Assembly (NCBI GenBank): GCA_964593295.1
Contig: CAZQHD010000001.1
Coordinates: 1 to 34,014, forward strand
Direction: 5' to 3'
DNA from: an uncultured Thermotogae bacterium
GTDB taxonomy: Bacteria > Bipolaricaulota > Bipolaricaulia > UBA7950 > UBA9294
Length of the DNA: 34,014 nucleotides
Positions within the stretch are counted from its first letter, which is position 1, and each line of letters opens with the position of its first letter. Below are positions 15,638 through 25,258 of this stretch, piece by piece. The notes under the pieces are model-generated. The model saw nothing but the letters and a program-made list of their open reading frames with translations, had not been told where the DNA came from and made no database searches. The translations under genes and the position numbers were made by a program.

Positions 15638-16972
15638 ATGACATCGAAGGCAAACCAGGACTCCTCCATCGACCTGGCTGTTCCCTCTCTCGGGACGCCG
15701 TGCGTCCGATCTCCCCTGGAGCGATCGACGGTCCAGGGGGATCAGATCTACAACTATGTCGGAGGCGCACAGCGCGTACTCATGAACTCGTTGACCGACA
15801 TCAGCCTTCAGGCTGAACGGGCGGTGGGGTTTGAGCGAGCCGGACCACGGGAGCATCTATACTTCTGTCCGGACGACCTCCATGTAGGGATTGTCACGTG
15901 TGGCGGTCTGTGCCCGGGCATCAACAATGCCATTCGGGCCGCAGTGCTCCAGTTGGTATTCGGGTACGGGGTGCGTCAGATCTGGGGATTCCGGTACGGG
16001 TTCGCCGGGATCAACCCGGAGGAGGGACTCGATGCCCTGCCGCTGACCGTGGACGCAGTGGACGGCATCCACTACGACGGGGGATCGGTTCTGGGGTCGT
16101 CGAGAGGTCCTCAAGAGCCTGCACGCATTGTGGATCAGTTGGAACGCATGGACATCCGGTTGCTGCTGGTCATCGGCGGCGATGGTAGTATGCGAGGGGC
16201 GCAGGCGATCTGCGATGAGGTGACGGCACGAAGCGCGGAGATCTCCGTTGTGGGGATTCCCAAGAGCATCGACAACGATGTGCCGCTGGTCGACAAGACG
16301 TTCGGCTACGAGACCGCATTCTCGCTTGCGGTGGAATCGATCCGCGCCGCTCATACCGAGGCGAGAGGCTACAGAAACGGTATTGGCATCGTTCGGCTGA
16401 TGGGAAGGCATTCCGGATTCATCGCGGCCAGCGCGGCGGTGGCCGCGGGAGACGCCAACTTCGTGTTGATCCCGGAGGTCCCGCTTACGCTCCATGGATC
16501 CCACGGTTTCTTGGATGCGCTGCAGCAGAGGGTTCAGGCGCGAGCGCACGCAGTGGTCGTGGTGGCGGAGGGGACAGGGCAGGATCTGTTACGGGAGTCC
16601 GAGACACCTGCCGAGCGAGACCCGTCGGGGAACATTCGCCTTCTGGACATCGGGACGTTTCTTCGCCGGGAGATCGAGGAATACCTTCACCGTCGAGGCG
16701 TTCGTCACACGGTGAAGTACATCGATCCCAGCTACCTTATCCGGAGTGCTCCGGCGCTTCCGAGTGACGCGGTCTACTCATCGGACCTTGCGCGAAATGC
16801 GGTCCACGCGGGCATGGCCGGCCGAACGGGGCTGCTGATCGGCTCCTGGAACGGGGAGTATACTCACGTCCCATTGCGGGAGGTGGTGACACGAACGCGA
16901 ACCGTCGATCTGGAAGGCGATCTCTGGCATGCTGTGCTGGAGAGCACGGGACAGCCAGCGCTCTGGGAGTAG
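15638..16972 (+). CDS. pfkA: 6-phosphofructokinase, long plant-like / mixed-substrate clade
   Basis: GIVTCGGLCPGINNAIR, LLVIGGDGSMRGA, VVGIPKSIDNDV, VRLMGRHSGFIA. Confidence 0.9.
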   Translation: MTSKANQDSSIDLAVPSLGTPCVRSPLERSTVQGDQIYNYVGGAQRVLMNSLTDISLQAERAVGFERAGPREHLYFCPDDLHVGIVTCGGLCPGINNAIRAAVLQLVFGYGVRQIWGFRYGFAGINPEEGLDALPLTVDAVDGIHYDGGSVLGSSRGPQEPARIVDQLERMDIRLLLVIGGDGSMRGAQAICDEVTARSAEISVVGIPKSIDNDVPLVDKTFGYETAFSLAVESIRAAHTEARGYRNGIGIVRLMGRHSGFIAASAAVAAGDANFVLIPEVPLTLHGSHGFLDALQQRVQARAHAVVVVAEGTGQDLLRESETPAERDPSGNIRLLDIGTFLRREIEEYLHRRGVRHTVKYIDPSYLIRSAPALPSDAVYSSDLARNAVHAGMAGRTGLLIGSWNGEYTHVPLREVVTRTRTVDLEGDLWHAVLESTGQPALWE

Positions 16973-17005
16973 AGGCTACCCTGTGTCGGTGGGCGACGGC
17001 GATCA

Positions 17006-18013
17006 ATGATGAACAGCCGCGACAAGAAGAGTTCTTGGGGGTTCCTCCCCGACCGTGTGATCAAGCAGTGTGCGCGACTTGTCGTCGCCTTCCTGCTGGC
17101 AGGGGTCCTGACGTTCTCCATGACCGCGGAGGGGCTCCCTGTCGTTCTGATCTATGGGTTCCAACCGGTCCCCGGTGTTCGGCCGGTTCACCTCTGGGAG
17201 GCGATGGCGGAGCATCTCTCGGGCAGCGAGATCGCCCGGGTGGAGACGATCACCGTGGGCCGCGACCACGAGTTCTATCGTCTCGCTTCGGTCGATGATA
17301 GCAGACGGGACGTCTACTTGAGTCACGTCGCGCTGGCGTACGAGCCCACCTGGCGAGATCTCGGCGTCTACCTTGCGCGGTTTTCCCGCGAGATGACGGT
17401 CCTTCGATCATCCTACGATGTGATGGCATGCCATGTGGTGGCACACTCCATGGGCGGGCTTATTGCGAGGGCGTATGCGGAGAGCACAGAGGTCGGTCCG
17501 ATCGGGGCGGCCCGTGAGACGGCGGAAGGAAGCGAAGTGCGAACGCTCATCATGCTTGCGACTCCGAATCACGGATGCCGACTGGCCTGGGCGGGCGAGC
17601 TGTTCACGGTTCTAGGGGAGCAGCTTGCCCCGGGGTCAGCGTTCCTACGATCATTGAACGAGCCGCGGTGGGCAGACGGGACGATCACCGCACTCAATCC
17701 GAAGGTGCGGTATGTCTCACTGGCGGGGCAGAGCTGTCTCGGCTGTGGCTTGCGGCTGGATCGGGACGAGTGCCTTCGTGCATGTGTGGATCAGGGGTTG
17801 GCCTGGGCGGGGTCCGACCTGGTGGTGATGATGGCTTCCGCGTATCTCCCGGGGGCCGAACAGTGTGCTCTGATCGGCTATGACCACGCCTCGATGTACC
17901 GTGACCGTGCGGTCGTGGAGATGATCGATCACGTCCTGTGCGGCGGACGGGTTCCGGCGGCCATCTTCAGACCGTCGCTTGAGGATTACAACCCGCATGA
18001 AGGAGATCCGTAG
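17006..18013 (+). CDS. Alpha/beta hydrolase, lipase/esterase-like (PGAP1/LipA-like), N-terminal membrane anchor
   Basis: Nucleophile elbow VVAHSMGGL (GxSxG variant AHSMG as in small bacterial lipases), LATPNHG, hydrophobic N-terminus LVVAFLLAGVLTF. Confidence 0.7.
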   Translation: MMNSRDKKSSWGFLPDRVIKQCARLVVAFLLAGVLTFSMTAEGLPVVLIYGFQPVPGVRPVHLWEAMAEHLSGSEIARVETITVGRDHEFYRLASVDDSRRDVYLSHVALAYEPTWRDLGVYLARFSREMTVLRSSYDVMACHVVAHSMGGLIARAYAESTEVGPIGAARETAEGSEVRTLIMLATPNHGCRLAWAGELFTVLGEQLAPGSAFLRSLNEPRWADGTITALNPKVRYVSLAGQSCLGCGLRLDRDECLRACVDQGLAWAGSDLVVMMASAYLPGAEQCALIGYDHASMYRDRAVVEMIDHVLCGGRVPAAIFRPSLEDYNPHEGDP

Positions 18014-18187
18014 CCGGGGAGTCTCTCCGTGGCATCGCATGGGTTCATGGCTGGACCCGCTCGGGGTCCAACCGGCGCCGGTCCGTTGCCGACACCCGAT
18101 GCGTCGTCTATACTCGCCGCAAGGCATGTCCAGGCAACGCCATCCAGCCTACGGTGGATGGCGTTGTTTCTTGAGGAGAGGGTATCC

Positions 18188-19861
18188 ATGGGACTTCGGA
18201 TCGCGATCATGGTCGGGTACCTGCTGGTGCTCCTCGCGATCGGTGTGTGGGCGAGGACACGGTCCCGCGCGAACCTGACCGACTACTTCGTGGCCTCTCG
18301 AGCCGTCTCGCCGGGTGTGCTCATCCTGACGATGGCGGCAACGAACTTCAGTGCTTTCACGGTCTTCGGATTTGCGGGCGCGGGCTGGGAGAGTGGATAC
18401 GCCTTCTACCCGATCATGGCATTCGGCACAGGGTTCATGGCCGTGAGCTTCGTGTGGATCGGGTGGCCTGTGCACGAACTGGGCGTGGAACACGGACTGA
18501 TCACCCCGGCCGAGCTCTTGCACTGTCTCACCGGGAGCCGAACGCTTCAGATCGTGTTCTTCATCGTGCTGACGGCGTTCACCTTGCCGTATCTTGCGAT
18601 GCAGCCCATGGCAGCGGGGTACATCCTAGAGGCTCTGCTGGGCATCCCGTACTTCGCGGGAGCAGCGCTTGTCACAGGGATCCTTCTCCTGTACACGTTC
18701 CTTGGCGGTTTTCGAGGTGTCTCCTGGACGGATGCGTTTCAGGGAGGAGTGATGGCGACCCTTCTGTTGCTCGCGGTTGGGCTGATCGCTCGATCTCTTG
18801 GAGGGCTGCGTGCTGCGCACGAGACCGTGGCCGGATCCTTTCCGGGGCTTATGTCACGACCGGGACTGGACGGCCTCTACACGCCCGGAGTCTGGTTCGG
18901 ATACCTTGCACTCTGGTTCCTCTGCGATCCATTGTTTCCCCAGTTGTTCCAGCGTTTCTATGCTGCACGTGGCCGGCGGGCGCTGGCCACCACCATGACG
19001 ATATACCCTCTGTTGACCGGCGGGCTCTTCCTGCTGCCGGTTACCGTGGGAGTCCTCGGACGCATCACATTCCCGACACTGCCGGATGGTGTTTCCCCGG
19101 ATCAGATCATGCCCTTGATGCTCGCGGCTCACGTATCTCCAGTCATGGAGGCACTGGTGCTGACCGCAGCGCTGGCGGCATTGATGTCGACCTTGGACTC
19201 GCAGCTTCTCACGCTATCCTCGATGTTCGTCCGGGATGTGTGGTATCCGCTCACGCAGCGTGGTGCTTCAAGACGAGAACTCGATGCGGCCCCACGGGAG
19301 ATCCCCGTGGGGATCGGAAAGGGGTTCGTGATCCTGTTGGCGCTCGTCGGCTTGGCGATCGCCTACCATCCGCCGGCCTCATTCCGCATCCTGGCTACGC
19401 AGACGTTCACCGGACTGGCGGTGCTGTTTCCTGCGTTGGCAGCTACGCTGTACTGGAAGCGTATGAACCGCTGGGCGGCGGTCGCATCGATCCTGGTGGG
19501 AGAGGGGCTAGTGGCCGTGGACGCGACGGTGGGTCTGCCGAGGTTCGGGACGCTCTCGGTGATCCCGATTGTCGCTGCGAGCGCTGCAGTCCTGCTTCTG
19601 GGCAGTCTGTTGTTTCCGTCTCATTCCATGCAGCCTCCTTGTCCCGAGAGGCCCCGGATGGGAGCTCCTTCGGGTCGATGGATCGCTGTATTTGCGTTGC
19701 TGTTTGTACTGGCCAATGACGGATGGAACTGGGCAAGCAGCGCGCGGCTTCTCCTGGGATACCCCGGGTGGGTCTGGTGGAGCCTGCTGTTGTGCGTGGC
19801 CACGGCAGCCGCGTTCGGTCTGTGGGCTCGCGCTCTGTCCCGACCACGAGACATGGGATAA
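18188..19861 (+). CDS. Sodium:solute symporter (SSS) family transporter with C-terminal two-helix extension resembling DUF3311
   Basis: Polytopic; N-terminus has YFVASRAVSPGVLILTMAATNFSAFTVFGFAGAGW, typical of SSS. ATG 18188 follows GAGGAGAGGG; the upstream 53 codons of the ORF were discarded. Confidence 0.85.
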   Translation: MGLRIAIMVGYLLVLLAIGVWARTRSRANLTDYFVASRAVSPGVLILTMAATNFSAFTVFGFAGAGWESGYAFYPIMAFGTGFMAVSFVWIGWPVHELGVEHGLITPAELLHCLTGSRTLQIVFFIVLTAFTLPYLAMQPMAAGYILEALLGIPYFAGAALVTGILLLYTFLGGFRGVSWTDAFQGGVMATLLLLAVGLIARSLGGLRAAHETVAGSFPGLMSRPGLDGLYTPGVWFGYLALWFLCDPLFPQLFQRFYAARGRRALATTMTIYPLLTGGLFLLPVTVGVLGRITFPTLPDGVSPDQIMPLMLAAHVSPVMEALVLTAALAALMSTLDSQLLTLSSMFVRDVWYPLTQRGASRRELDAAPREIPVGIGKGFVILLALVGLAIAYHPPASFRILATQTFTGLAVLFPALAATLYWKRMNRWAAVASILVGEGLVAVDATVGLPRFGTLSVIPIVAASAAVLLLGSLLFPSHSMQPPCPERPRMGAPSGRWIAVFALLFVLANDGWNWASSARLLLGYPGWVWWSLLLCVATAAAFGLWARALSRPRDMG

Positions 19862-20048
19862 CAGCTCGCGGTCTTCTCCTCGGTACGGGCAACACGCCCT
19901 CTCACAGTCCCCATGAGAGCGGAATGAAAGGTGAGGTTCCTCGTAGAGATGGCTCGGGGCTCAACATGGATCTGATACCCCGACGTCGGTTCGTTCTGAG
20001 GTCCAGGAGATGAAGAAGCGATTGCCCCGTCGAGGTTACCTGCCGCAA

Positions 20049-21869
20049 TCAGGGACTGGATTTGGTCTCCAATGTCTCCCAGCGGGCGTAGAGATCGGAG
20101 ACCCGGCGCGCGGCTTCCTCCCGTCTCTCGAATGCCTCATGCAGCCGGGCATGGTCACGGGCGAGGTTGGCTTCGTTCAGGCACTCGTCGAGCCGTTCCA
20201 GGCAGGCCTCGGCACGGAGGATCTCGTGTTCGATTTCGGCAAGCTCTCTCTTCTCGTGGTAGGTGAGCCCCACGCAGCGAGGAGGCTCTCTAGGCGTCGG
20301 AGTCGGGGCTCGCGGGACCAGCTGTCCGGGCGTGTCCTCTGACGCGGTCTCCCTTGACCGCTGCTCCGCTTCCATCCACTGGAGAACGCCGGCGTAGGTC
20401 CCCCAGTGTCCGTTGCCGTGAAGCCCAATCAGATCTGTACAGACTCGATCGAGCATGTGACGGTCATGGGTGATCAGGACGACGGCACCTGGAAAGGAGA
20501 CAAGAGCGTGTTCGAGGATTTCAATCGAAGAGATGTCAAGGTCATTGGTGGGCTCGTCGAGAAAGAGAACGTCAACGGGCTCACGCATCATCGTCGCCAT
20601 CAGCACCCGTGCCTGCTCTCCTCCCGAGAGTTCGCCGAGAGGCATAGACAGCTGATCTGGACAGAACCCAAACCGCTTCGCCCAGGCAATGACATGGGTG
20701 GGGCGCCCGGGGACGGTGACGATGTCCCCCATGGGGGCAAGCGCTCGACGGAGCGACTCACTCGGATCGAGCTGAGCACGATGCTGATCGAAGAGCGCGT
20801 GACGTAATGCATACGCAGGCTGAACGCGCCCCTGATCCGGCGGTGTGTCGCCGGTCAGAACCTTCAGCAGCGTCGTCTTCCCGGTTGCGTTGTTGCCGAC
20901 GATGCCCAGCCGTGTGCCTCGTAGGATGCGGACGTCAAGCTGGGAGAACAGAAGACGCCCCCCCAAGGTTTTCGTTACCCCCTCGGCAACGATGAGATCC
21001 TGCGTCTGGCGATGGGAGGCGCTAAAAGAGAGGGAAACGTCCTGTACGAGCTTCCCTCTTTGGGTGTGGGCGGACAGTTGATCAATCTTCCGATGGGCTT
21101 GATCGACTCTGTGGCTCGCCTTGCTGGATCGTGCACTGGGGCCTCGGCGAAGCCACTGAACCTCACGCCGGACCTCGTTGGCCAGGGCGGCACGCTCGTG
21201 ATCGAGCGAGCACAGCACCTGCTCGCGCTGTTCCAGGAAGTCGGAGTATCGGCCTCGGACGTTGAGGACTCCGGTTGGATAGCGGGGATCGATCTCGATA
21301 ATGCGGTTGGTGACGCGTTCGAGGAAGTAACGATCGTGTGTCGTGACGATGAACGAGAACCTAGCGCGCTCAAGGAAACGCTCTAGCCACCCGATTCCGT
21401 CTAGGTCAAGATGGTTGGTCGGCTCGTCCATGAGCAGACAGTCGGGCTCCTGCACGAGAAGCGCCCCCAGCGCGGCTCGCTTTCTCCACCCGCCGGAAAG
21501 CGTGCCGATCCGGCTCTCCGGATCGGCGAACCCCAGCCGTCGGATCATCTTCCGAACTCTCAGGACGGGCTCGTGCTCTTCCAAGGGAAGGTCCTTCAAC
21601 GCATCGAGCAGGGTCCGCTGCAACGTGGCATCTTGCTCAAGCGGATCGACCTGGGGAAGGTAGCCGACGATGGCGTCCTTGCGTCGGTCGACGCTCCCCT
21701 GATCCGGGGCATCCTCTGCGGCAAGAATGCGGAGCAAGGTCGACTTTCCCGCGCCGTTCGGGCCGATCAAGCCGATACGATCCCCGTCTTGCACGGTGAA
21801 CGACAGCTGCTGGAATAGCATGCGCGCGGCGGCAGACTTGCCGAGATCACGAACCGTCAGGATCGCCAA
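20049..21869 (-). CDS. ABC-F family ATPase (Uup/EttA-like, two NBDs plus C-terminal coiled coil)
   Basis: Walker A GLIGPNGAGKSTLL and GIVGNNATGKTTLL. Signatures LSGGWRKRAAL and LSGGEQARVLM. No TM domain. TTG start at 21869 is preceded by GGAGGTGA. Confidence 0.9.
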   Translation of the reverse strand: MAILTVRDLGKSAAARMLFQQLSFTVQDGDRIGLIGPNGAGKSTLLRILAAEDAPDQGSVDRRKDAIVGYLPQVDPLEQDATLQRTLLDALKDLPLEEHEPVLRVRKMIRRLGFADPESRIGTLSGGWRKRAALGALLVQEPDCLLMDEPTNHLDLDGIGWLERFLERARFSFIVTTHDRYFLERVTNRIIEIDPRYPTGVLNVRGRYSDFLEQREQVLCSLDHERAALANEVRREVQWLRRGPSARSSKASHRVDQAHRKIDQLSAHTQRGKLVQDVSLSFSASHRQTQDLIVAEGVTKTLGGRLLFSQLDVRILRGTRLGIVGNNATGKTTLLKVLTGDTPPDQGRVQPAYALRHALFDQHRAQLDPSESLRRALAPMGDIVTVPGRPTHVIAWAKRFGFCPDQLSMPLGELSGGEQARVLMATMMREPVDVLFLDEPTNDLDISSIEILEHALVSFPGAVVLITHDRHMLDRVCTDLIGLHGNGHWGTYAGVLQWMEAEQRSRETASEDTPGQLVPRAPTPTPREPPRCVGLTYHEKRELAEIEHEILRAEACLERLDECLNEANLARDHARLHEAFERREEAARRVSDLYARWETLETKSSP

Positions 21870-21956
21870 GTTGTCACCTCCAGACTCTCTTCCTCATCGC
21901 TGGGTGGGGGTTAGGGACCCGCTTGAGGAGTGCGCCGTCACGAAGCCAGGGCGTGG

Positions 21957-23114
21957 CTATTTTAGCGCCGCGACTGTTTTGAACGGACGATCGGGACGAA
22001 GGGCTGTGAGGACGTCCATGTCCTCAGGCTGTAGCTCGTCGCGGACGAGACGATCCAGCAGCTCCCCCAACCCCGGTCCCAGCATGAACCCATGACCGCA
22101 CAGACCGATGGCCACGGAGTACCCGTCGACGGTGGGTGAGTCTCCCACCAGGGGGGCCCCATCGGGGGTCATCGGATAGAGCCCGCGCCAGGTTCTTCGG
22201 ACGCGAAGCCCGGCGAGCTTGGGGATCAGTCGCATCATGCGACGAGCTGCCAGTGGAAGGAACCCCGAGGTCTCACGGCAGTCCATACCATGCGCCAGCG
22301 GACGCGGCGTCAGTGAGAACAGCAACTGCCCTGTGGCTAGCTGGAAGAAGTAGCAGTTGGCCGAGTCCTCACCGGGGCGAATGTCGACGATCATCGGGTC
22401 AAGAAATGGCGCTACCGGCTCGGTGATCCCAGCCTCATGGGCATCGGGGTGGATCGGGTGGTCCTCTCCGACCATCTCTCCGATGGCGGCGGCCCACGCT
22501 CCGGCGACATTGATGACCCTCGGTGTCTCGTAGGTGCGACGGTTGGTGGTGACGGATCGGACGGCTCCGTTCACACAATCGATTCCAGTGACCGTCTCGC
22601 CGAAGCGGAACTCTGCGCCGGCGTGGCGGGCCTGAGTGTAGATGGCATGCCCCAGGAGAAGGGGAGAGCAGTGACCGTCGTCGGGGGAAAAGGTGCCTCC
22701 GCGCAACCCAACTGGGTTGAGCGCAGGGACTCTGCTCAGAAGCTCCGAGCGATCCAGCCAGTCGATCGATAGACCGCTTCGCTGCTGAACGGCCAGGAGA
22801 CTCTTGAGAAGCTGCTCTTCACGCGTTCCATACGCGACAAAGGAGTACCCACCCGCTCTCCACTCGATGTCCTGGCCGTGGACCTCTTGCCAGGTCGATG
22901 CGACCTCCAACGATCGTAGGCAGAGCCGGATCTTGGCGGGTTCGGAGTGGGTCGCCCGAATACCACCGATCGCTGCCTTGTGAGACCCTTGACCGGGACT
23001 GAATCGGGCGTCAAGGACCAATACCCGAAGACCGGATCGAGCCATGCACCAGGCTGCCGGAATGCCAGCGCTTCCTGCGCCGATTAGGATGACGTCGTAC
23101 GCGGGAAGGCTCAC
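21957..23114 (-). CDS. FAD-dependent oxidoreductase, DAO family (sarcosine oxidase beta / proline or opine dehydrogenase beta-like subunit)
   Basis: Dinucleotide fold YDVILIGAGSAGIPAAWCMARSGLRVLVLD. GTG start overlaps the upstream stop (GTGA at 23111-23114). Confidence 0.85.
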   Translation of the reverse strand: MSLPAYDVILIGAGSAGIPAAWCMARSGLRVLVLDARFSPGQGSHKAAIGGIRATHSEPAKIRLCLRSLEVASTWQEVHGQDIEWRAGGYSFVAYGTREEQLLKSLLAVQQRSGLSIDWLDRSELLSRVPALNPVGLRGGTFSPDDGHCSPLLLGHAIYTQARHAGAEFRFGETVTGIDCVNGAVRSVTTNRRTYETPRVINVAGAWAAAIGEMVGEDHPIHPDAHEAGITEPVAPFLDPMIVDIRPGEDSANCYFFQLATGQLLFSLTPRPLAHGMDCRETSGFLPLAARRMMRLIPKLAGLRVRRTWRGLYPMTPDGAPLVGDSPTVDGYSVAIGLCGHGFMLGPGLGELLDRLVRDELQPEDMDVLTALRPDRPFKTVAALK

Positions 23115-25258
23115 TTGGGTCCTCCTCCTTCATGCGGGGACGAAGAGGACCCTCCGGGCGCACTGGATGCGAAGGCGCCCAACGGAACCTCCATGAACAG
23201 CGGGCGCGGCACCCCTTGGATCACCTCATCGGAAGGGACACCGCACTCTCGGAAGAGTCTCAGGATCAGCGTCTGGCAGGTCTTCCCGCCACAGGCGCCC
23301 ATCCCCGCGCGGGAGAGCGTCTTGATCTCGTTCAGATCGCGATGGCCTGCAAGGATCAGCGAGCGGATCTCGCCAGCGGTGACGCGCTCGCATCGGCACA
23401 CAATGTCCGTGTCACAGAGCGAATCAGCCTCCTCAGGGAGCGGTTCGCTCGCCCAGGGACTCTGTAGACGCAGGCCAGCGACCTGCTCGGCGGCCTCCCG
23501 TGAGGTCCAGATCTGGATCAGTGCCGTGCCGTCGCTCCGGGCATCGGAGAGGACGCGGTGCACGGGAAACTCCCCCACGGCACGACCCTCCGCATCCATC
23601 GCGAGGACCTGCATCCCCTTCCGAACTCGATCCGTGCCGAACTCCAGCGGCACGGTGACCAGGGGACGTTCCGGGTCTGTTCGCGTGTCGACCAGTGAGA
23701 TTGCCAGGCCGGGGCAGACGGAGACGCACTTCATACAGCCGATGCACGCCTTCTCACTGTCTCGGTATTGCGGGAGCTCCCGGATGTCGAGCGGATCGAT
23801 GTGGATGAGCCCCTGGGGACAGACCGATGCACACGGATCGCAGGGGATCTTCTGGGTGCAGTGAAACACGGGGAAGACGGTCTTCATCGTCTCTTCTAGA
23901 GGTCCTGTCTTCTTCGGCGTGCCGGGAAGGCGTGGACTTCGACGCAGGATCTCTCCTGGACGACTCTTGAGAATGTCGGACGTACGTTGCCATGCGTCGG
24001 GAACGGGCTCCGTCGTCATCCCCAGGTCGAGAGCAATCTGACGTCCAGCGATTCGCCCGGCGAAGATGGCCGCTGAGGCTTCTGCGATCTCCGCGGCGTC
24101 GCCAGCGGCATACACGGGTAGGCCCGCGCGCTGGGCAGAGTGAGTGAACTCATCCACCGGATCCAGACCCACTGCAATGAGTACGGTGTCACATGCGAAC
24201 CTCTTCTCGGTCCCCGGGACGGCACGGAACGAGGGATCAACCTGCGCGATTGTGACAGACTCAACCTCCCCGGTACCATGCGCGGAGAGAACCGTGTGCG
24301 ATGTGTAGATGGGAACGCCCATTCGACACAGCTTATCCCGGTGGACCTTGTACCCTCCACAGACAGGAAGCGCCTCAGCCAGTCCAATCACATCGATCCC
24401 CGCTTGCAGTGCATGGTACCCTGCGATCAGCCCGACATTTCCCCCTCCTACGATGAACAGCCGATCGGACGCCTTGACCAGATCCCGGTTGACCAGTGTC
24501 TGAAACGCCCCGGCACCATACACTCCGGGCAGCGTGTTCCCCGGGAAGACCAGAGAGCGCTCTCTGGCGCCGGTGGCGACCAGCAGGACTTGGGGGCGGA
24601 TCCGCGCGTACCGGTGCTCTCGGAGGACGCCGACGACGCGATCACTGAACACGGCCAGCGCGGTGGCGTTGAGCCAGACGGACACCAACGGTTGCTGGAA
24701 CACTTGTCTCGCCAGGCGCGCTCCGATCTCGATCCCTCGGGTCCCGGCGAACACTGCATCCGCGGACCCGAAGAATCGGTGGGTCTGGAGCACCAGTTTT
24801 CCGCCCAATCGGTCCTTGTCGTCCACCAGCAGGACCTTGACACCGAGGGAGGCGAGCTCGATGGCCGCGGACAATCCTGCCGGTCCACCTCCTAGGATGA
24901 GGACGGGAACATCCAGGATGTCCGGTGGGTCAATCTCCAGAGGATCCGCAGAGTCAGGGAGGGAGGGGAGTCCGTCCATGGATTGAACGGACATGCCGGG
25001 CTGAGCGATCGTCATACACGCTTTGACGGGAATGCCATCGGCCACCACCAAGCATTGGGAGCATTGTCCGTTGGCACAGAAGATGCCCTGTGTGGACCCG
25101 TCCTTGGGATGCCGTCCGAACACCCGAATCCCCGCCGCCATCAGGGCAGAGGAGAGGGTCTCGCCGGGCAGTCCAGGGACCTGGATTCCGTCAAAGCGAA
25201 AGGAGAATGGCTTGTCCGTTCTCGATGGCAGGATCGGGTGCTGGTGAATCCGCTTCAT
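23111..25258 (-). CDS. Fused multi-cluster flavoprotein: N-terminal 2Fe-2S domain + FAD/NAD(P) pyridine-nucleotide-disulfide oxidoreductase + 2x[4Fe-4S] ferredoxin domain + BFD-like [2Fe-2S] domain (HcnA/HcnB-, OoxA-, proline dehydrogenase alpha-like)
   Basis: FCANGQCSQCLVVADGIPVKAC; VLILGGGPAGLSAAIELASLGVKVLLVDD; CTQKIPCDPCASVCP ... CIGCMKCVSVCP; CRCERVTAGEI ... GACGGKTC. Confidence 0.85.
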   Translation of the reverse strand: MKRIHQHPILPSRTDKPFSFRFDGIQVPGLPGETLSSALMAAGIRVFGRHPKDGSTQGIFCANGQCSQCLVVADGIPVKACMTIAQPGMSVQSMDGLPSLPDSADPLEIDPPDILDVPVLILGGGPAGLSAAIELASLGVKVLLVDDKDRLGGKLVLQTHRFFGSADAVFAGTRGIEIGARLARQVFQQPLVSVWLNATALAVFSDRVVGVLREHRYARIRPQVLLVATGARERSLVFPGNTLPGVYGAGAFQTLVNRDLVKASDRLFIVGGGNVGLIAGYHALQAGIDVIGLAEALPVCGGYKVHRDKLCRMGVPIYTSHTVLSAHGTGEVESVTIAQVDPSFRAVPGTEKRFACDTVLIAVGLDPVDEFTHSAQRAGLPVYAAGDAAEIAEASAAIFAGRIAGRQIALDLGMTTEPVPDAWQRTSDILKSRPGEILRRSPRLPGTPKKTGPLEETMKTVFPVFHCTQKIPCDPCASVCPQGLIHIDPLDIRELPQYRDSEKACIGCMKCVSVCPGLAISLVDTRTDPERPLVTVPLEFGTDRVRKGMQVLAMDAEGRAVGEFPVHRVLSDARSDGTALIQIWTSREAAEQVAGLRLQSPWASEPLPEEADSLCDTDIVCRCERVTAGEIRSLILAGHRDLNEIKTLSRAGMGACGGKTCQTLILRLFRECGVPSDEVIQGVPRPLFMEVPLGAFASSAPGGSSSSPHEGGGPK

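Noticed and set aside
15857-16549. 230-aa ORF on the minus strand
   Set aside because: Antisense to the phosphofructokinase gene, with no motifs; a GC-rich shadow ORF. The same reasoning applies to 23115..23864, 24140..24895, 26379..27098 and 32235..33278.
18247-19719. 490-aa ORF in an alternative + frame
   Set aside because: It lies nested inside the SSS transporter gene. Its product is Arg/Gly/Pro-rich and non-hydrophobic, whereas the 18188..19861 frame encodes a coherent polytopic membrane protein.
19862-20048. Possible bidirectional terminator between the SSS transporter and the ABC-F gene (palindrome CCGACGTCGG at about 19980-19989)
   Set aside because: The palindrome has no loop and no U-tract. 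Other stems in the gap are 5 bp or shorter with large loops. This is not enough to call a terminator.
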